Shown piece after piece: positions 9,767 through 19,606 of a DNA stretch of 64,000 nucleotides. The stretch comes from Verrucomicrobiota bacterium (GTDB taxonomy: Bacteria; Verrucomicrobiota; Lentisphaeria; Lentisphaerales; Lentisphaeraceae): contig JBDKFG010000024.1 of the NCBI GenBank assembly GCA_039798785.1, positions 32,001-96,000 on the forward strand, written 5' to 3'. The notes under the pieces are model-generated. The model worked only from the letters and a program-made list of their open reading frames with translations, was not told where the DNA came from and ran no database searches. Numbering within the stretch: the stretch's first letter is position 1; the number at the start of each line of letters is the position of its first letter. Position numbers and translations under genes: made by a program.

Positions 9767-11007
9767 CAGGAAGGCTCCTGGGCTTCAGCTTCGACTTCGT
9801 GAACATTGCTGAGAGACAGAGCTGCGAGGCGGAGGTCGCTGTCTTCGTAGAGCCGGACCAGGCCGGCCCGGCGTTTCGGGCCTCCGTCAGGCAGGCGGCG
9901 GATGGCATCTTCCAGACAAAGACCGCGATCCACCACCAGGGAGAGGAGATCCTGGCGCAGCCGGGCGTGATCCCCGAAACCGAGATCGAAGATGCGGCAG
10001 CATTCTCCTTGCAGCCAGTCGGGGTTGGGGACGATCGCCAGGACGTTTCCGGGACGGAGGCGGTTGCAGAAGCTGAAGAGCTCGGGAAGGAAGCGGAAGA
10101 GGACTTCGCCCTCCTTGTCATGGATCAGCTCCTGGCCGCTGCGAAGATGCTGCCGCCAGGAATCGATCAGGCCCGCGGCGTGATCGATGAGCTCGCCCTG
10201 GCGGCGGCGGGCATCGAGATCGAGCGCCTTCAACAGAAAATCGGCGACGACGACGCCGGCCTCGGCGCGGCCGAGGAGGAAGCGGCGGGCCCGGCGGTGG
10301 GCGTCGAGGTAGTCAAACGGGTCGCTTCCCGGCGGCAACAGGGCGCGAGAGGCGGCGCAAAGCCGCTGGACGCGATCTTTCGGCAGCTCCTCGCCGGCGG
10401 CGAGGAAATAGCGCATCAGGACTCCGGTTTCGTGCAGAGCCTCGTCGCCGCTGCGCCGGAAAAGCAGAGGCTCCAGCTTGTCCAGGCAAAGCCGGTAGCC
10501 GAGCGTTTCGGCGCAATCGAGCCAGGCGCTGCCGAAGATCTGGAAGTAAGAGGGGTGTCGGTTCAGTCCGGCGAGCAGCAGCAGATAGGCCTCGGCGGCT
10601 TCCGGAGGAGCCTCCTCCTCCAGTGCGGCGGCGACCAGACCGACGTAGCCTTCATCGCCGCCGTGCTCGGCCATGCCCTCGCACAGAGTCTCGAGATAGG
10701 CGAGCGGCGAGGCGCCGGCGGCGGCCTCGCGCTCCTGGGCGAGCGCCAGCCAGGCGGCCGGCCCGCGCCCCGCGGGGACGGCGAAGCCGCTTTCCGGCGG
10801 CACCTGGTTGGCGGCCTCCTTGAAACTGCGCTCCACGGCTTCGTAAGCCTGTCGGATGATTTGGAATTCCCGGGGATTGCGGTCCGGCCGCCACTGCCGG
10901 ATCAGGATGGCGTAACGACGGCGAAACTCCTCCCGCCCTTCTCCAGGCCCGAGTCCGAAAAAGGCGCGCGGATCCTGGCACGCCAGCGACCAGTCGGGCT
11001 CGTCCAT
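9766..11007 (-). CDS. J-domain co-chaperone (DjlB/DjlC-like)
   Basis: True start MDEPDW at 11007 overlaps the hscC stop. FFGLG..EFRRRYAILIRQWRPDRNPREFQIIRQAYE is a J-domain with RPD in place of HPD. Confidence 0.8.
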   Translation of the reverse strand: MDEPDWSLACQDPRAFFGLGPGEGREEFRRRYAILIRQWRPDRNPREFQIIRQAYEAVERSFKEAANQVPPESGFAVPAGRGPAAWLALAQEREAAAGASPLAYLETLCEGMAEHGGDEGYVGLVAAALEEEAPPEAAEAYLLLLAGLNRHPSYFQIFGSAWLDCAETLGYRLCLDKLEPLLFRRSGDEALHETGVLMRYFLAAGEELPKDRVQRLCAASRALLPPGSDPFDYLDAHRRARRFLLGRAEAGVVVADFLLKALDLDARRRQGELIDHAAGLIDSWRQHLRSGQELIHDKEGEVLFRFLPELFSFCNRLRPGNVLAIVPNPDWLQGECCRIFDLGFGDHARLRQDLLSLVVDRGLCLEDAIRRLPDGGPKRRAGLVRLYEDSDLRLAALSLSNVHEVEAEAQEPS

Positions 11008-12740
11008 CACTCGTTCCTGCCGGGATAGGGCCTGCCGAGGCTGACGAGCAGATCGAGCAGCTGGCGCCGGCATTGTGCGAAGAAATTGCGGTCGCCGAGA
11101 CGCATCGCCGCCTCGAACTGGGTCAGGAGCTCGTCGGTGGCTTCGCGGACGTCGAGCGGCAGTTCCTTGATGATGCGGTTGCCGTAGTGCAGGAGATGGA
11201 GGTTGTCGAGCTCGTCGCGCGGGAAGAAGCGCAGGGCGGCGAGCCGCTCCTTGGCTTTCATCAAGGTTTCGGGATCGGCCTGGCGGTTCTGGCTGGAGAT
11301 CACGGTAGAGGCCTTGCGCTTCAATGAGGGGATCAGCGCCTCGACCTCGAGCATGCCGTCGACGTCGTAGGTGAAACGGATCAGAATCTCGGTGCCGGCC
11401 GGCATCGGCGGCAGACCGCTGACCTTGAGCTCGCCCAGGAGAGTGTTGTCCTCGACACGCCGACCCTCGCCCTGGAAGACCTTGATCTTGACCTCGGTCT
11501 GGCCGGAATTGATGGTGCTCACCGACTCTTCGCGCGAGCAAGGGACGGTGCTGTTGCGGGGGATCAGAGGCAGGTAATAGCCGCCTTCCATCTGCAAGGG
11601 GCCGTATCGCCGGGCGGTCTCGATGCCGAGCGAGTGAGGGCAGACGTCGGTGGCGATGAGGTCTTCGACGGCACGGTCCTCGGCGATCAGAGCCGCCTGG
11701 ACCGCGGCGCCGAGAGCGACGACATGGTCCGGGTTGAAACGGCTGAGCGCTTCGCGTCCGAAGTAGTCGCGGACCCATTCCTGCACCAGGGGCATGCGGG
11801 TGGCGCCGCCGACCAGGATGATCTCCCCGAGGGCGGCACGATCCAGCTCGGCGTCGCGCAAGGCGCGGGTGCAGGGGACGGCAAGGCGCTGCAGCAGGGG
11901 CGCGGCGAGGCGGGCAAACTCGGTGCGGCTGAGGCTGAGGCCTTCATCGCCGAGACTGCCGTCGTCGGCGGGCCAGCGCAGGAAGGCGGTGTCGCAGCCG
12001 CTCAGGGCCCGCTTCGCCTGCTCCGCTTCATGCAGCAGCCGCGCCCAGAGCAGCGGCGCGCTGCGGCTCAGCCCCTGCTCGACGCCACGGCATTTCAGGG
12101 CCCACTCCGCGATCGCCTGGGTGAAATCCTCGCCCCCGAGGAAATTCTCGCCGGCGGTGGTGAGGATCTGCAGGACCCCTTCGAAGAGCTCCATCACGGT
12201 GACGTCGAAAGTGCCGCCGCCGAGATCGAAGACGAGAAAGCTCTTGCCCGGCCCCCGGCGGTCATGGAATCCGTAGGCGAGCGCCGCCGCCGTCGGCTCG
12301 TTGATGATCCGCAGCACCTTGAGTCCGGCTAGCTCACCGGCGGCGCGCGTCGCCCGCCGCTGCGGTTCGTTGAAATAGGCGGGCACGGTGATGACGGCGC
12401 CGTCGACGGCGCGCCCCAGCGCCCTTTCGGCGTCCTCCTTCAAGGATTTCAAGACCAGGCTGGAAAGCTCGATGGCGCTGAAATCGCGCCCGCCCAGGGA
12501 GACGCTTCGGTCAGACCCCATCAGTCGCTTGAAAGAAGCGGCGCAGCGCTCCGGCCGGCGCACCGCCAGCTCCCGGGCCGCAGCACCCAGGACGATCCGG
12601 CCATCCTCGAGCAGCCCGACCACCGAAGGCGTCAGCAGCTCCCCGTGGGCGTTCGGCAGAAGACAGGGCATCCCCTGCTCGAAAACCCCGACCAGCGAGT
12701 GCGTCGTCCCCAAGTCAATGCCGATAATCGTCCCTTTCAT
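11007..12740 (-). CDS. hscC: Hsp70-family chaperone HscC
   Basis: IIGIDLGTTHS, AVITVPAYFN, INEPTAAA, FDLGGGTFDV, LVGGATRMP. Short ~577 aa with an HscC-like FPRD tail. GGAGG RBS before ATG 12740. Confidence 0.88.
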   Translation of the reverse strand: MKGTIIGIDLGTTHSLVGVFEQGMPCLLPNAHGELLTPSVVGLLEDGRIVLGAAARELAVRRPERCAASFKRLMGSDRSVSLGGRDFSAIELSSLVLKSLKEDAERALGRAVDGAVITVPAYFNEPQRRATRAAGELAGLKVLRIINEPTAAALAYGFHDRRGPGKSFLVFDLGGGTFDVTVMELFEGVLQILTTAGENFLGGEDFTQAIAEWALKCRGVEQGLSRSAPLLWARLLHEAEQAKRALSGCDTAFLRWPADDGSLGDEGLSLSRTEFARLAAPLLQRLAVPCTRALRDAELDRAALGEIILVGGATRMPLVQEWVRDYFGREALSRFNPDHVVALGAAVQAALIAEDRAVEDLIATDVCPHSLGIETARRYGPLQMEGGYYLPLIPRNSTVPCSREESVSTINSGQTEVKIKVFQGEGRRVEDNTLLGELKVSGLPPMPAGTEILIRFTYDVDGMLEVEALIPSLKRKASTVISSQNRQADPETLMKAKERLAALRFFPRDELDNLHLLHYGNRIIKELPLDVREATDELLTQFEAAMRLGDRNFFAQCRRQLLDLLVSLGRPYPGRNE

Positions 12741-12912
12741 CTCTCCCTCCTGCAAATTCATTGTCCTTGCATGTTGACTGACTGAACCTTTCCTCGCCCA
12801 TTCGGCAAGGGGGCAACTAAACTTTCCCCCCAGATACCCCGGCGCTCCAGCCTTGCAGGCCTCCCGCAGCGTGATATCCTTGCCCGCCCAGCCACCCCAG
12901 CCCCGAGCCCCC

Positions 12913-13926
12913 ATGCCCCTGGTATCAGTCGTCCTGCCCTTCTACCGCCCCGGCGCCGACAGCCTCGCCCGGGCCGCCGGAAGCATCCTCGGGCAGAGCT
13001 GGGACGAACTCGAACTGATCCTGGTCAACGACGGAGCCGATGCTGAGTCCGCCGCCGCCGGACGCCGGATCGCCGCCGCAGATCACCGCGTCGTCCTCGT
13101 CGAACAGGAGAACCGCGGCGTCTGCGCCGCCCATGCCGCCGGCGTCGAGCTCTGCCGCGGCGACTTCGTCGCCCGAATGGATGCCGACGACGAGGCCCTG
13201 CCGCTGCGCCTGGCCAAGCAGGTGGCGCTACTCCGGGACGATCCCTCGCTTCATTTCTGCGGCACCCAGGTCCGCTTCGGCGGCGATCCGGAAGCCTCGC
13301 GCGGCTTCGCCGAATACATCCGCTGGAGCAACTCCCTGGTGAGCGCCGACGAGATCACGCGGCACCGCTTCGTCGAAGCGCCCCTGGTCAACCCGTCCTT
13401 GATGTGGCGGCGCTCAGCCCTGGCGGCGTTCGGCAGCTACCGCCACGGCGCCTTCCCGGAGGACTACGAGCTCTGGCTGCGCGCGCTCGGCAACGGCGCC
13501 CGCGCCGCCAAGGTGCCTGAGGAGCTGCTGATCTGGAACGACCCGCCGGGGCGGCTCACCCGTTGCGACAAGCGCTATTCCAGCCAGGCCTTCTACGAAG
13601 TCAAGGCCGAATGGCTGGCGCGCGAGCTGCTGGGCCGGGGCTGCCGGGAAGTCGCGATCTGGGGCGGCGGCGTGATGACGAGAAGGCGCGCCCGCCTCCT
13701 GCAGCGGCACGGCATCCGCATCCGCGCCTGGTTCGACATCAACCCCAGGACCATCGGGCGCAGCTACGACGGCGCTCCCGTGCTCCCGCGCGAAGACGTC
13801 GACCCCTTCCGCGGCGAAGTGCCGGTGCTCGGCTATGTCGGCAACCGCGGCGCCCGGGAAGACAGCGCCGCCTACCTCGGCAGCCGCGGCTTCCGCCCCT
13901 GGCTCGACTTCATCCTCTGCGCCTGA
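12913..13926 (+). CDS. glycosyltransferase family 2
   Basis: VSVVLP, ELILVNDG, ARMDADD, EDYELWLR. Confidence 0.92.
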   Translation: MPLVSVVLPFYRPGADSLARAAGSILGQSWDELELILVNDGADAESAAAGRRIAAADHRVVLVEQENRGVCAAHAAGVELCRGDFVARMDADDEALPLRLAKQVALLRDDPSLHFCGTQVRFGGDPEASRGFAEYIRWSNSLVSADEITRHRFVEAPLVNPSLMWRRSALAAFGSYRHGAFPEDYELWLRALGNGARAAKVPEELLIWNDPPGRLTRCDKRYSSQAFYEVKAEWLARELLGRGCREVAIWGGGVMTRRRARLLQRHGIRIRAWFDINPRTIGRSYDGAPVLPREDVDPFRGEVPVLGYVGNRGAREDSAAYLGSRGFRPWLDFILCA

Positions 13927-14043
13927 AGCAAGAACTTCGCGGAAAGGGCTTGACGGCGGCGGAAGTGGCGGCACTTTAGGCGGCCCGCACGGCCTCGGCC
14001 CGGCGGTCGTCATCCCCAATCAGAACGTAATCAAGGCATCCAC

Positions 14044-14319
14044 ATGGCCCACACCAACTCGGCAAAGCGCCACGTCCGTTCGGACGAGAAGCGCCGTGCC
14101 CGCAACCGCTCCCGCAAGAGCGCCTGCGGCACCCAAGAGAAGAAGTTCCTCAAGCTCATCGCCGAAGGCAAGCTTGACGAAGCCAAAACCCAGCTCCAAG
14201 TCGTTTTCTCCCAGTTCGACAAGAACGCCAAGAAGGGCGTCTTCAAGACTGAGAAGGCCGATCGCAAGAAGTCCCGCCTCTCCCTGCAGCTCAACAAAGC
14301 TGTCGCTGCGAAGGCCTGA
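14044..14319 (+). CDS. rpsT: 30S ribosomal protein S20
   Basis: MAHTNSAKRHVRSDEKRRARNRSRKS...DKNAKKG...ADRKKSRL. Confidence 0.95.
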   Translation: MAHTNSAKRHVRSDEKRRARNRSRKSACGTQEKKFLKLIAEGKLDEAKTQLQVVFSQFDKNAKKGVFKTEKADRKKSRLSLQLNKAVAAKA

Positions 14320-14411
14320 TTCCCGGAACTGCACACCCCAACCCCCCGCTGCTTGCGCTCACCGTAGCGATTCAAAGCATCGAAAAAAAGACAACCCCAC
14401 AAGGCACCACG

Positions 14412-15326
14412 ATGGGAATCACCATCCACGACCTGCTTGAAGCCGGCGTACACTTCGGTCACCAGACCCGCCGCTGGAACCCCAAGATGAAAACCTACAT
14501 CTTCGGCAACCGCAACGGCATCCACATCTTCGACCTGGGCAAGACCATGGTCGGCCTCAACAACGCCTGCAAATTCCTCTACGAGAAAGTCGCCAAGGGC
14601 GGCGACGTCCTCTGGGTCGGCACCAAGCGCCAGGCTCAAGAGCTCGTCAAGGACGCCGCCGAGCGCTCCGGCCAGCATGCCATCACTCAGCGCTGGATGG
14701 GCGGCACGCTCACCAACATTGAAACCATCCGCAAGAGCGTCGCCAAGCTCAACAAGTTCCGCAAGTGGGAAGAAGACGGCACCCTCGCCGCGATGAAGAA
14801 GAAAGAAGCCGGCCGCATCCGCCGTGAAGCGGTCAAGCTCGAGTCTTCGATCTCCGGCATCATGGGCATGAGCCGCATCCCCTCCTGCATCGTCGTCATC
14901 GACACCGTCAAGGAGCACCTCGCGATCAAGGAAGCCAACGCCCTTGGCATCCCGGTCGTCGCCATCCTCGACACCAACTCCGACCCCGACCTGGTCCAGT
15001 ACGGCATCCCCGGCAACGACGACGCCGTCCGCTCGCTCCAAGTCCTCATCGGCCAGCTGTCCGAAGCCTGCTACATGGGCAAGGGCATCTCCGACAAGCA
15101 CAACGAAGAGCGCAAAGCCAGCCGCGCCAAGGACGAAGGCGAGCGCAAGGCCCGCGCCGACAAGGGCGAGCAGGCTCCCCGCGGCGAACGCCGTGAACGC
15201 GCCCCCCAGGGCGAGCGCGCCCCCCGCGCCCCCGGTGACCGCGCTCCCCGCAGCCCCGCCCCCCAGGGCGATCGCGCCCCCCGCGCCCCCCGCGCAGCCA
15301 AGACCGGCGAAGCCAAAGCCGAGTAA
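14412..15326 (+). CDS. rpsB: 30S ribosomal protein S2 with low-complexity C-terminal extension
   Basis: LLEAGVHFGHQTRRWNPKM, RWMGGTLTN, DTNSDP, PGNDDA. Confidence 0.98.
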   Translation: MGITIHDLLEAGVHFGHQTRRWNPKMKTYIFGNRNGIHIFDLGKTMVGLNNACKFLYEKVAKGGDVLWVGTKRQAQELVKDAAERSGQHAITQRWMGGTLTNIETIRKSVAKLNKFRKWEEDGTLAAMKKKEAGRIRREAVKLESSISGIMGMSRIPSCIVVIDTVKEHLAIKEANALGIPVVAILDTNSDPDLVQYGIPGNDDAVRSLQVLIGQLSEACYMGKGISDKHNEERKASRAKDEGERKARADKGEQAPRGERRERAPQGERAPRAPGDRAPRSPAPQGDRAPRAPRAAKTGEAKAE

Positions 15327-15356
15327 TCCTCGACTTACAGCCCGCTGATCCGCGCC

Positions 15357-15387
15357 ACGAGGTGCTGCCCCGGCAGCACCTCGTTTT
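15357..15387 (+). terminator. intra-operon hairpin with U-tract between rpsB and tsf
   Basis: ACGAGGTGCTGC-CCCG-GCAGCACCTCGT followed by TTT. Confidence 0.7.
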
Positions 15388-15433
15388 CAAGCGCCGGAGC
15401 CCCTTTCCCAAGAACACCCAAGGAACCACCCCC

Positions 15434-16234
15434 ATGTCCTACACCCCCACCTCCGCCGACATCGCCAAGCTCCGCGAAATGACCAACTGCGGCCTCCTCG
15501 ACTGCAAAAAAGCCCTGGTCGAAAAGGGCGGCAACTTCGATGACGCCGCCGACCACCTCCGCAAGCAGGGCCTCGCCAAGGCCGCCAAAAAAGCCGACCG
15601 CGAAGCCAAGGAAGGCATGATCGCCCTCTCCACCGACGGCAAGTCCGGCAGCCTCGTCCAGCTCTCCTGCGAGACCGACTTCGTCGCCAACAACGAACGC
15701 TTCCAGGGCGTCCTCAAGTCCTTCGCCGCCGAAGTCGCCGCCCTCAAGGCCAACGGCGACGTCACCGAATCCTTCGGCGCCAGCAAGAACGACGAGCTCG
15801 TCTCTCTCATCCACACCATCGGCGAAAACATGAAAGTCGTCGTCGCCGCCAAGTGGGAAGCCGCCGCCGGCTGCACCATCGGCTCCTACCTCCACGGCAA
15901 CAGCAAGGTCGGCGTCATCGTCGAAGTCGAAGGCGAGATCGCCCCCGAGACCCTCAAGGCCCTCGGCATGCACATCGCCGCCTACAAGCCCAGCTACCTC
16001 TGCCCCGCCTGCATCCCCGAAGCCGACACCGCCCGTGAAAAGGAAGTCCAGGCCGAGAAGACCAAGGGCAAGCCCGAAGCCATGGCCGCCAAGATCCTCG
16101 AAGGCGCCCTCAACAAGTGGCACTCCGACGTCTGCCTGGTCAAACAGGCCTGGATCCACGACGACAAGGTCACTGTCGAGAAAGCCCTCGGCAAAGCCAA
16201 GATCACCCGCTTCCTCCTCGCCAAGGTCGGCTGA
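15434..16234 (+). CDS. tsf: translation elongation factor Ts
   Basis: IAKLREMTNCGLLDCKKAL, CETDFVA, IGENM, MHIAA. Confidence 0.97.
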   Translation: MSYTPTSADIAKLREMTNCGLLDCKKALVEKGGNFDDAADHLRKQGLAKAAKKADREAKEGMIALSTDGKSGSLVQLSCETDFVANNERFQGVLKSFAAEVAALKANGDVTESFGASKNDELVSLIHTIGENMKVVVAAKWEAAAGCTIGSYLHGNSKVGVIVEVEGEIAPETLKALGMHIAAYKPSYLCPACIPEADTAREKEVQAEKTKGKPEAMAAKILEGALNKWHSDVCLVKQAWIHDDKVTVEKALGKAKITRFLLAKVG

Positions 16235-16239
16235 TCCCC

Positions 16240-16271
16240 TCGCCCCCGGAGCCGCAAGGATCCGGGGGCGA
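16240..16271 (+). terminator. hairpin after tsf
   Basis: TCGCCCCCGGA...TCCGGGGGCGA stem. Confidence 0.55.
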
Positions 16272-16282
16272 AAATCAGAGCT

Positions 16283-17123
<841 letters not shown>

Positions 17124-17127
17124 CTCC

Positions 17128-18030
17128 ATGCGCCGGATCGTCCGTCTCCTCGCCGCGGCCCTCCTCCTCGCCTCCTGCGCGACGCGAGAGTCAGGGCCGG
17201 TCGCCAATGCCATCGTCGACGACCGTCAGATCATGGAGACCATCGAAGGGGGGATCGACAAGCTCGATCCAGCCTCCTTTGTGGCTCCAGCCACCCTTCT
17301 CGCCCAGGCCCGCAGCCGCAAAGTCGCCGACCTGCCCCGCCCCGCCCTCAGCGACCGGCGAGCCGCGCAGCCGCTCGACCGGCTGTACGCCGATCTGGCC
17401 GACTCCTCGGTCGTCGTCGCCCGCCTCTTCAAATGCGACAAATGCCCGAAATGGCACAGCGCACCCGCCTCCGGCGTGATCATCGGCAGCGACGGCCTGA
17501 TCGCCACCAACTTCCATGTCATCGAAGGACGCGGCAGCCAGAAGTCCGAACAGCTCGTCGTCATTCTCCGCGATGGCCGGATCTTCCCGATCCAGGAAGT
17601 CCTCGCCGCCGACAAGGAGGCGGATTGCGCCTTGATCCGCATCAAGGCCGCCGGCCTCAAGGCTGCCCCTCTCAACCCCCGCTCCCCCGCCGGCAGCCGC
17701 GTAATCGCCATCACCCACCCGGCAATGCACTACTGGAGCCTTACCGAAGGCGTCGTGTCGCGCCACTTCCTCGAGCCGCCACGCGGCACCGACGGCCGCC
17801 GCGTCGCACGACTGGCGATCACCGCCGATTTCGCCAAAGGCTCTTCCGGCGGCCCGATCTTCAACACCAGCGGCGAACTCGTCGGCATCGTCACTTACAC
17901 CCAGTCGATCTATTACGACTCCAGCCATGGACAGGAAACCAATTTCCAGATGACCTTCAAGACCTGCGTCCTCAGCCAGTCTCTCCTCGAGCTCTACCGG
18001 CCGCTCGAACTCAAGGGAGTGAGGAAGTGA
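17128..18030 (+). CDS. trypsin-like serine protease lipoprotein, no PDZ domain
   Basis: LLLASC lipobox, TNFHV / ADCAL / GSSGGP triad, CDKC motif before the protease domain. Confidence 0.88.
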   Translation: MRRIVRLLAAALLLASCATRESGPVANAIVDDRQIMETIEGGIDKLDPASFVAPATLLAQARSRKVADLPRPALSDRRAAQPLDRLYADLADSSVVVARLFKCDKCPKWHSAPASGVIIGSDGLIATNFHVIEGRGSQKSEQLVVILRDGRIFPIQEVLAADKEADCALIRIKAAGLKAAPLNPRSPAGSRVIAITHPAMHYWSLTEGVVSRHFLEPPRGTDGRRVARLAITADFAKGSSGGPIFNTSGELVGIVTYTQSIYYDSSHGQETNFQMTFKTCVLSQSLLELYRPLELKGVRK

Positions 18031-18043
18031 GGGAGTGCCCTTC

Positions 18044-18287
18044 CCGCAGAGCCCGGGCGGGGCTTGCGATAGCGCCCCTCCCGGTTTTGCCTTCCGCCGC
18101 ACAAAAGGCGTCGGCGCCCTGGATCAACAAACTTTCGTGGCTCGATGGCTGGCCTGCCCGCGCCCCTGTCAACGCTTCGCCCTGCGCCTCGCGACGCCTG
18201 ACGCATGACTCGGGGACAGCGTGACTCGCTATGTCTTCGCTGTAGAGGACTTTCACCTTTTACTCCTTGCCGGTTTCTCCGGCGCAC
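18044..18287 (-). mobile_element. group II intron 5' fragment (partial domain I), no RT ORF and no domains V/VI
   Basis: Minus strand begins GTGCGCCGGAGAAACCGGCAAGGAGTAAAGGTGAAAGTCCTCTACAGCGAAGAC...CCCCGAGTCATGCG...GAAGCGTTGACAGGGG...GCCGACGC...GGAAGGCAAAAC. This is a GUGYG 5' end and domain I of bacterial group II introns, breaking off after ~245 nt. Confidence 0.8.
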
Positions 18288-18378
18288 ACGTGCCTTTTAT
18301 GGCCATCTAGCTTTCTTCGCTTCTTAGTTCCTTCGGGTGATACAGGTCGGTTTTTTTCTTTTTCCCGGGGAGGAGCGC

Positions 18379-18405
18379 TAAAGCCCCGGCGGGAAAGGCC
18401 GAAAG
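18379..18405 (+). promoter_or_regulatory. sigma28 (FliA) promoter of fliC
   Basis: TAAA-N15-GCCGAAAG versus consensus TAAA-N15-GCCGATAA. Confidence 0.8.
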
Positions 18406-18500
18406 CCCATGGACAGCGGAACCGAGTAGGTTTCGCGGGATCCGCAAGGATTCCTGGTCGTCCGGTAGGTCCGGAGCCGGACGACTAAGCCCATCCGGAT

Positions 18501-18545
18501 TGCCGACAAGGAGTTCGGCAGCAACCCCGAGCATACAGGGACGTA
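18501..18545 (+). promoter_or_regulatory. two putative CsrA-binding GGA hairpins in the fliC leader
   Basis: TGCCGA-CAAGGAGT-TCGGCA, and TAC-AGGGAC-GTA overlapping the SD sequence. Confidence 0.6.
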
Positions 18546-18549
18546 CACC

Positions 18550-19497
18550 ATGTCACTCGCAGTAAACAACAACCCAACCGCCTTCGGCGTGTGGTCAAAC
18601 TTCGCTTCCAACAGCGTCAACATGAAACGCGCCATGGGCCACCTCTCGACCGGTGTCAAGACCGTTCAAGACGACCCGTCCGGCGTCGGCATCAGTGAAC
18701 GCATGCGTTCGCAAGCCCGCAACGTCTCGATGGCCCGCGCCAACGTCGACAACGGTCTGTCGATGCTGCAGACCGCCGACAGCTGGATGCAGAAGATGAA
18801 CGACATGCTCGGCCGGATGAGCGAACTCTCGATTGAAAACGGCGACGGCACCAAGTCGCCCACCGACAAGGCCAACATCCAGACCGAATTCAAGCAGCTG
18901 CAGAAAGAGATGGTGCGTGTCACCTCTCATAACGATGCGGCCGCCAAATTCAACGGTCTGTATCTGTTCCGCGGCGGTGACGGCGTCACCAACGTCTCCG
19001 CCGGCGATGCCGACCCCACCGGCAACGTCTCCCTCCAGGTCGGTCCCGACCAGAGCCAGAAGATCAACCTTCAGCTCAAGGACCTTCAGGTCGACTCGAC
19101 CGAGACCATCGGTTCGGTCCACACCTACACCTACTCGACCGACAACGTCACGCTGACCGCGTCGACCCACTCGGCCGTCACCTGGGGCTCGATCATCAAC
19201 GACGCCAAGATGTCCGTCGGCTCCGCCAACGCCATCGGCAAGCTGGCGAAAGCGATCGACTTCATCTCCAACGCCCGCGCCAACAACGGTGCCCAGCAGA
19301 ACCGGCTGGAATACACCCGCAGCGCCCTCCTCTCCTACGAGGACAACATCCGTGCTTCCGAATCGAAGATCCGCGACGTCGACATGGCGGCCGAATCGAC
19401 CCAGTTCTCGAAGTACCAGATCCTCAACCAGGTGTCGAACGCGATGTTGGCCCAGGCCAACCAGTTGCCGCAGGCGGTCATGCAGCTCGTCGGCTGA
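18550..19497 (+). CDS. fliC: flagellin
   Basis: LSTG..DDPSG..ISERMRSQ, LSMLQTAD, LQVG, RANNGAQQNRLE, SESKIRDVDMAAE, AMLAQANQLPQ. Confidence 0.97.
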   Translation: MSLAVNNNPTAFGVWSNFASNSVNMKRAMGHLSTGVKTVQDDPSGVGISERMRSQARNVSMARANVDNGLSMLQTADSWMQKMNDMLGRMSELSIENGDGTKSPTDKANIQTEFKQLQKEMVRVTSHNDAAAKFNGLYLFRGGDGVTNVSAGDADPTGNVSLQVGPDQSQKINLQLKDLQVDSTETIGSVHTYTYSTDNVTLTASTHSAVTWGSIINDAKMSVGSANAIGKLAKAIDFISNARANNGAQQNRLEYTRSALLSYEDNIRASESKIRDVDMAAESTQFSKYQILNQVSNAMLAQANQLPQAVMQLVG

Positions 19498-19527
19498 TCC
19501 CTCAGTCCTGAGCAAGTGACCGCTAGG

Positions 19528-19553
19528 GGCGGCTGGGAGCGATCCCGGCCGCC
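19528..19553 (+). terminator. hairpin after fliC
   Basis: GGCGGCTGGGA-GCGA-TCCCGGCCGCC with a weak U-tract. Confidence 0.65.
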
Positions 19554-19564
19554 ACTATTGCTTC

Positions 19565-19580
19565 TGGCACAGGAGCTGCT
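19565..19580 (+). promoter_or_regulatory. sigma54 -24/-12 promoter of fliD
   Basis: TGGCAC-AGGAG-CTGCT (GG-N10-GC), ending 27 nt before the ATG. Confidence 0.7.
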
Positions 19581-19606
19581 GTATATTGCGCCAAGGAGTC
19601 CCCAAC

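Noticed and set aside
11008..11778. N-terminal 256 aa of the 670-aa ORF 9766..11778
   Set aside because: It overlaps hscC in another frame and is Arg/Pro-rich shadow sequence. The real start is at 11007.
18011..18256. 81-aa ORF MKVLYSEDIASH...
   Set aside because: It is a translation of group II intron domain I RNA, not a credible protein.
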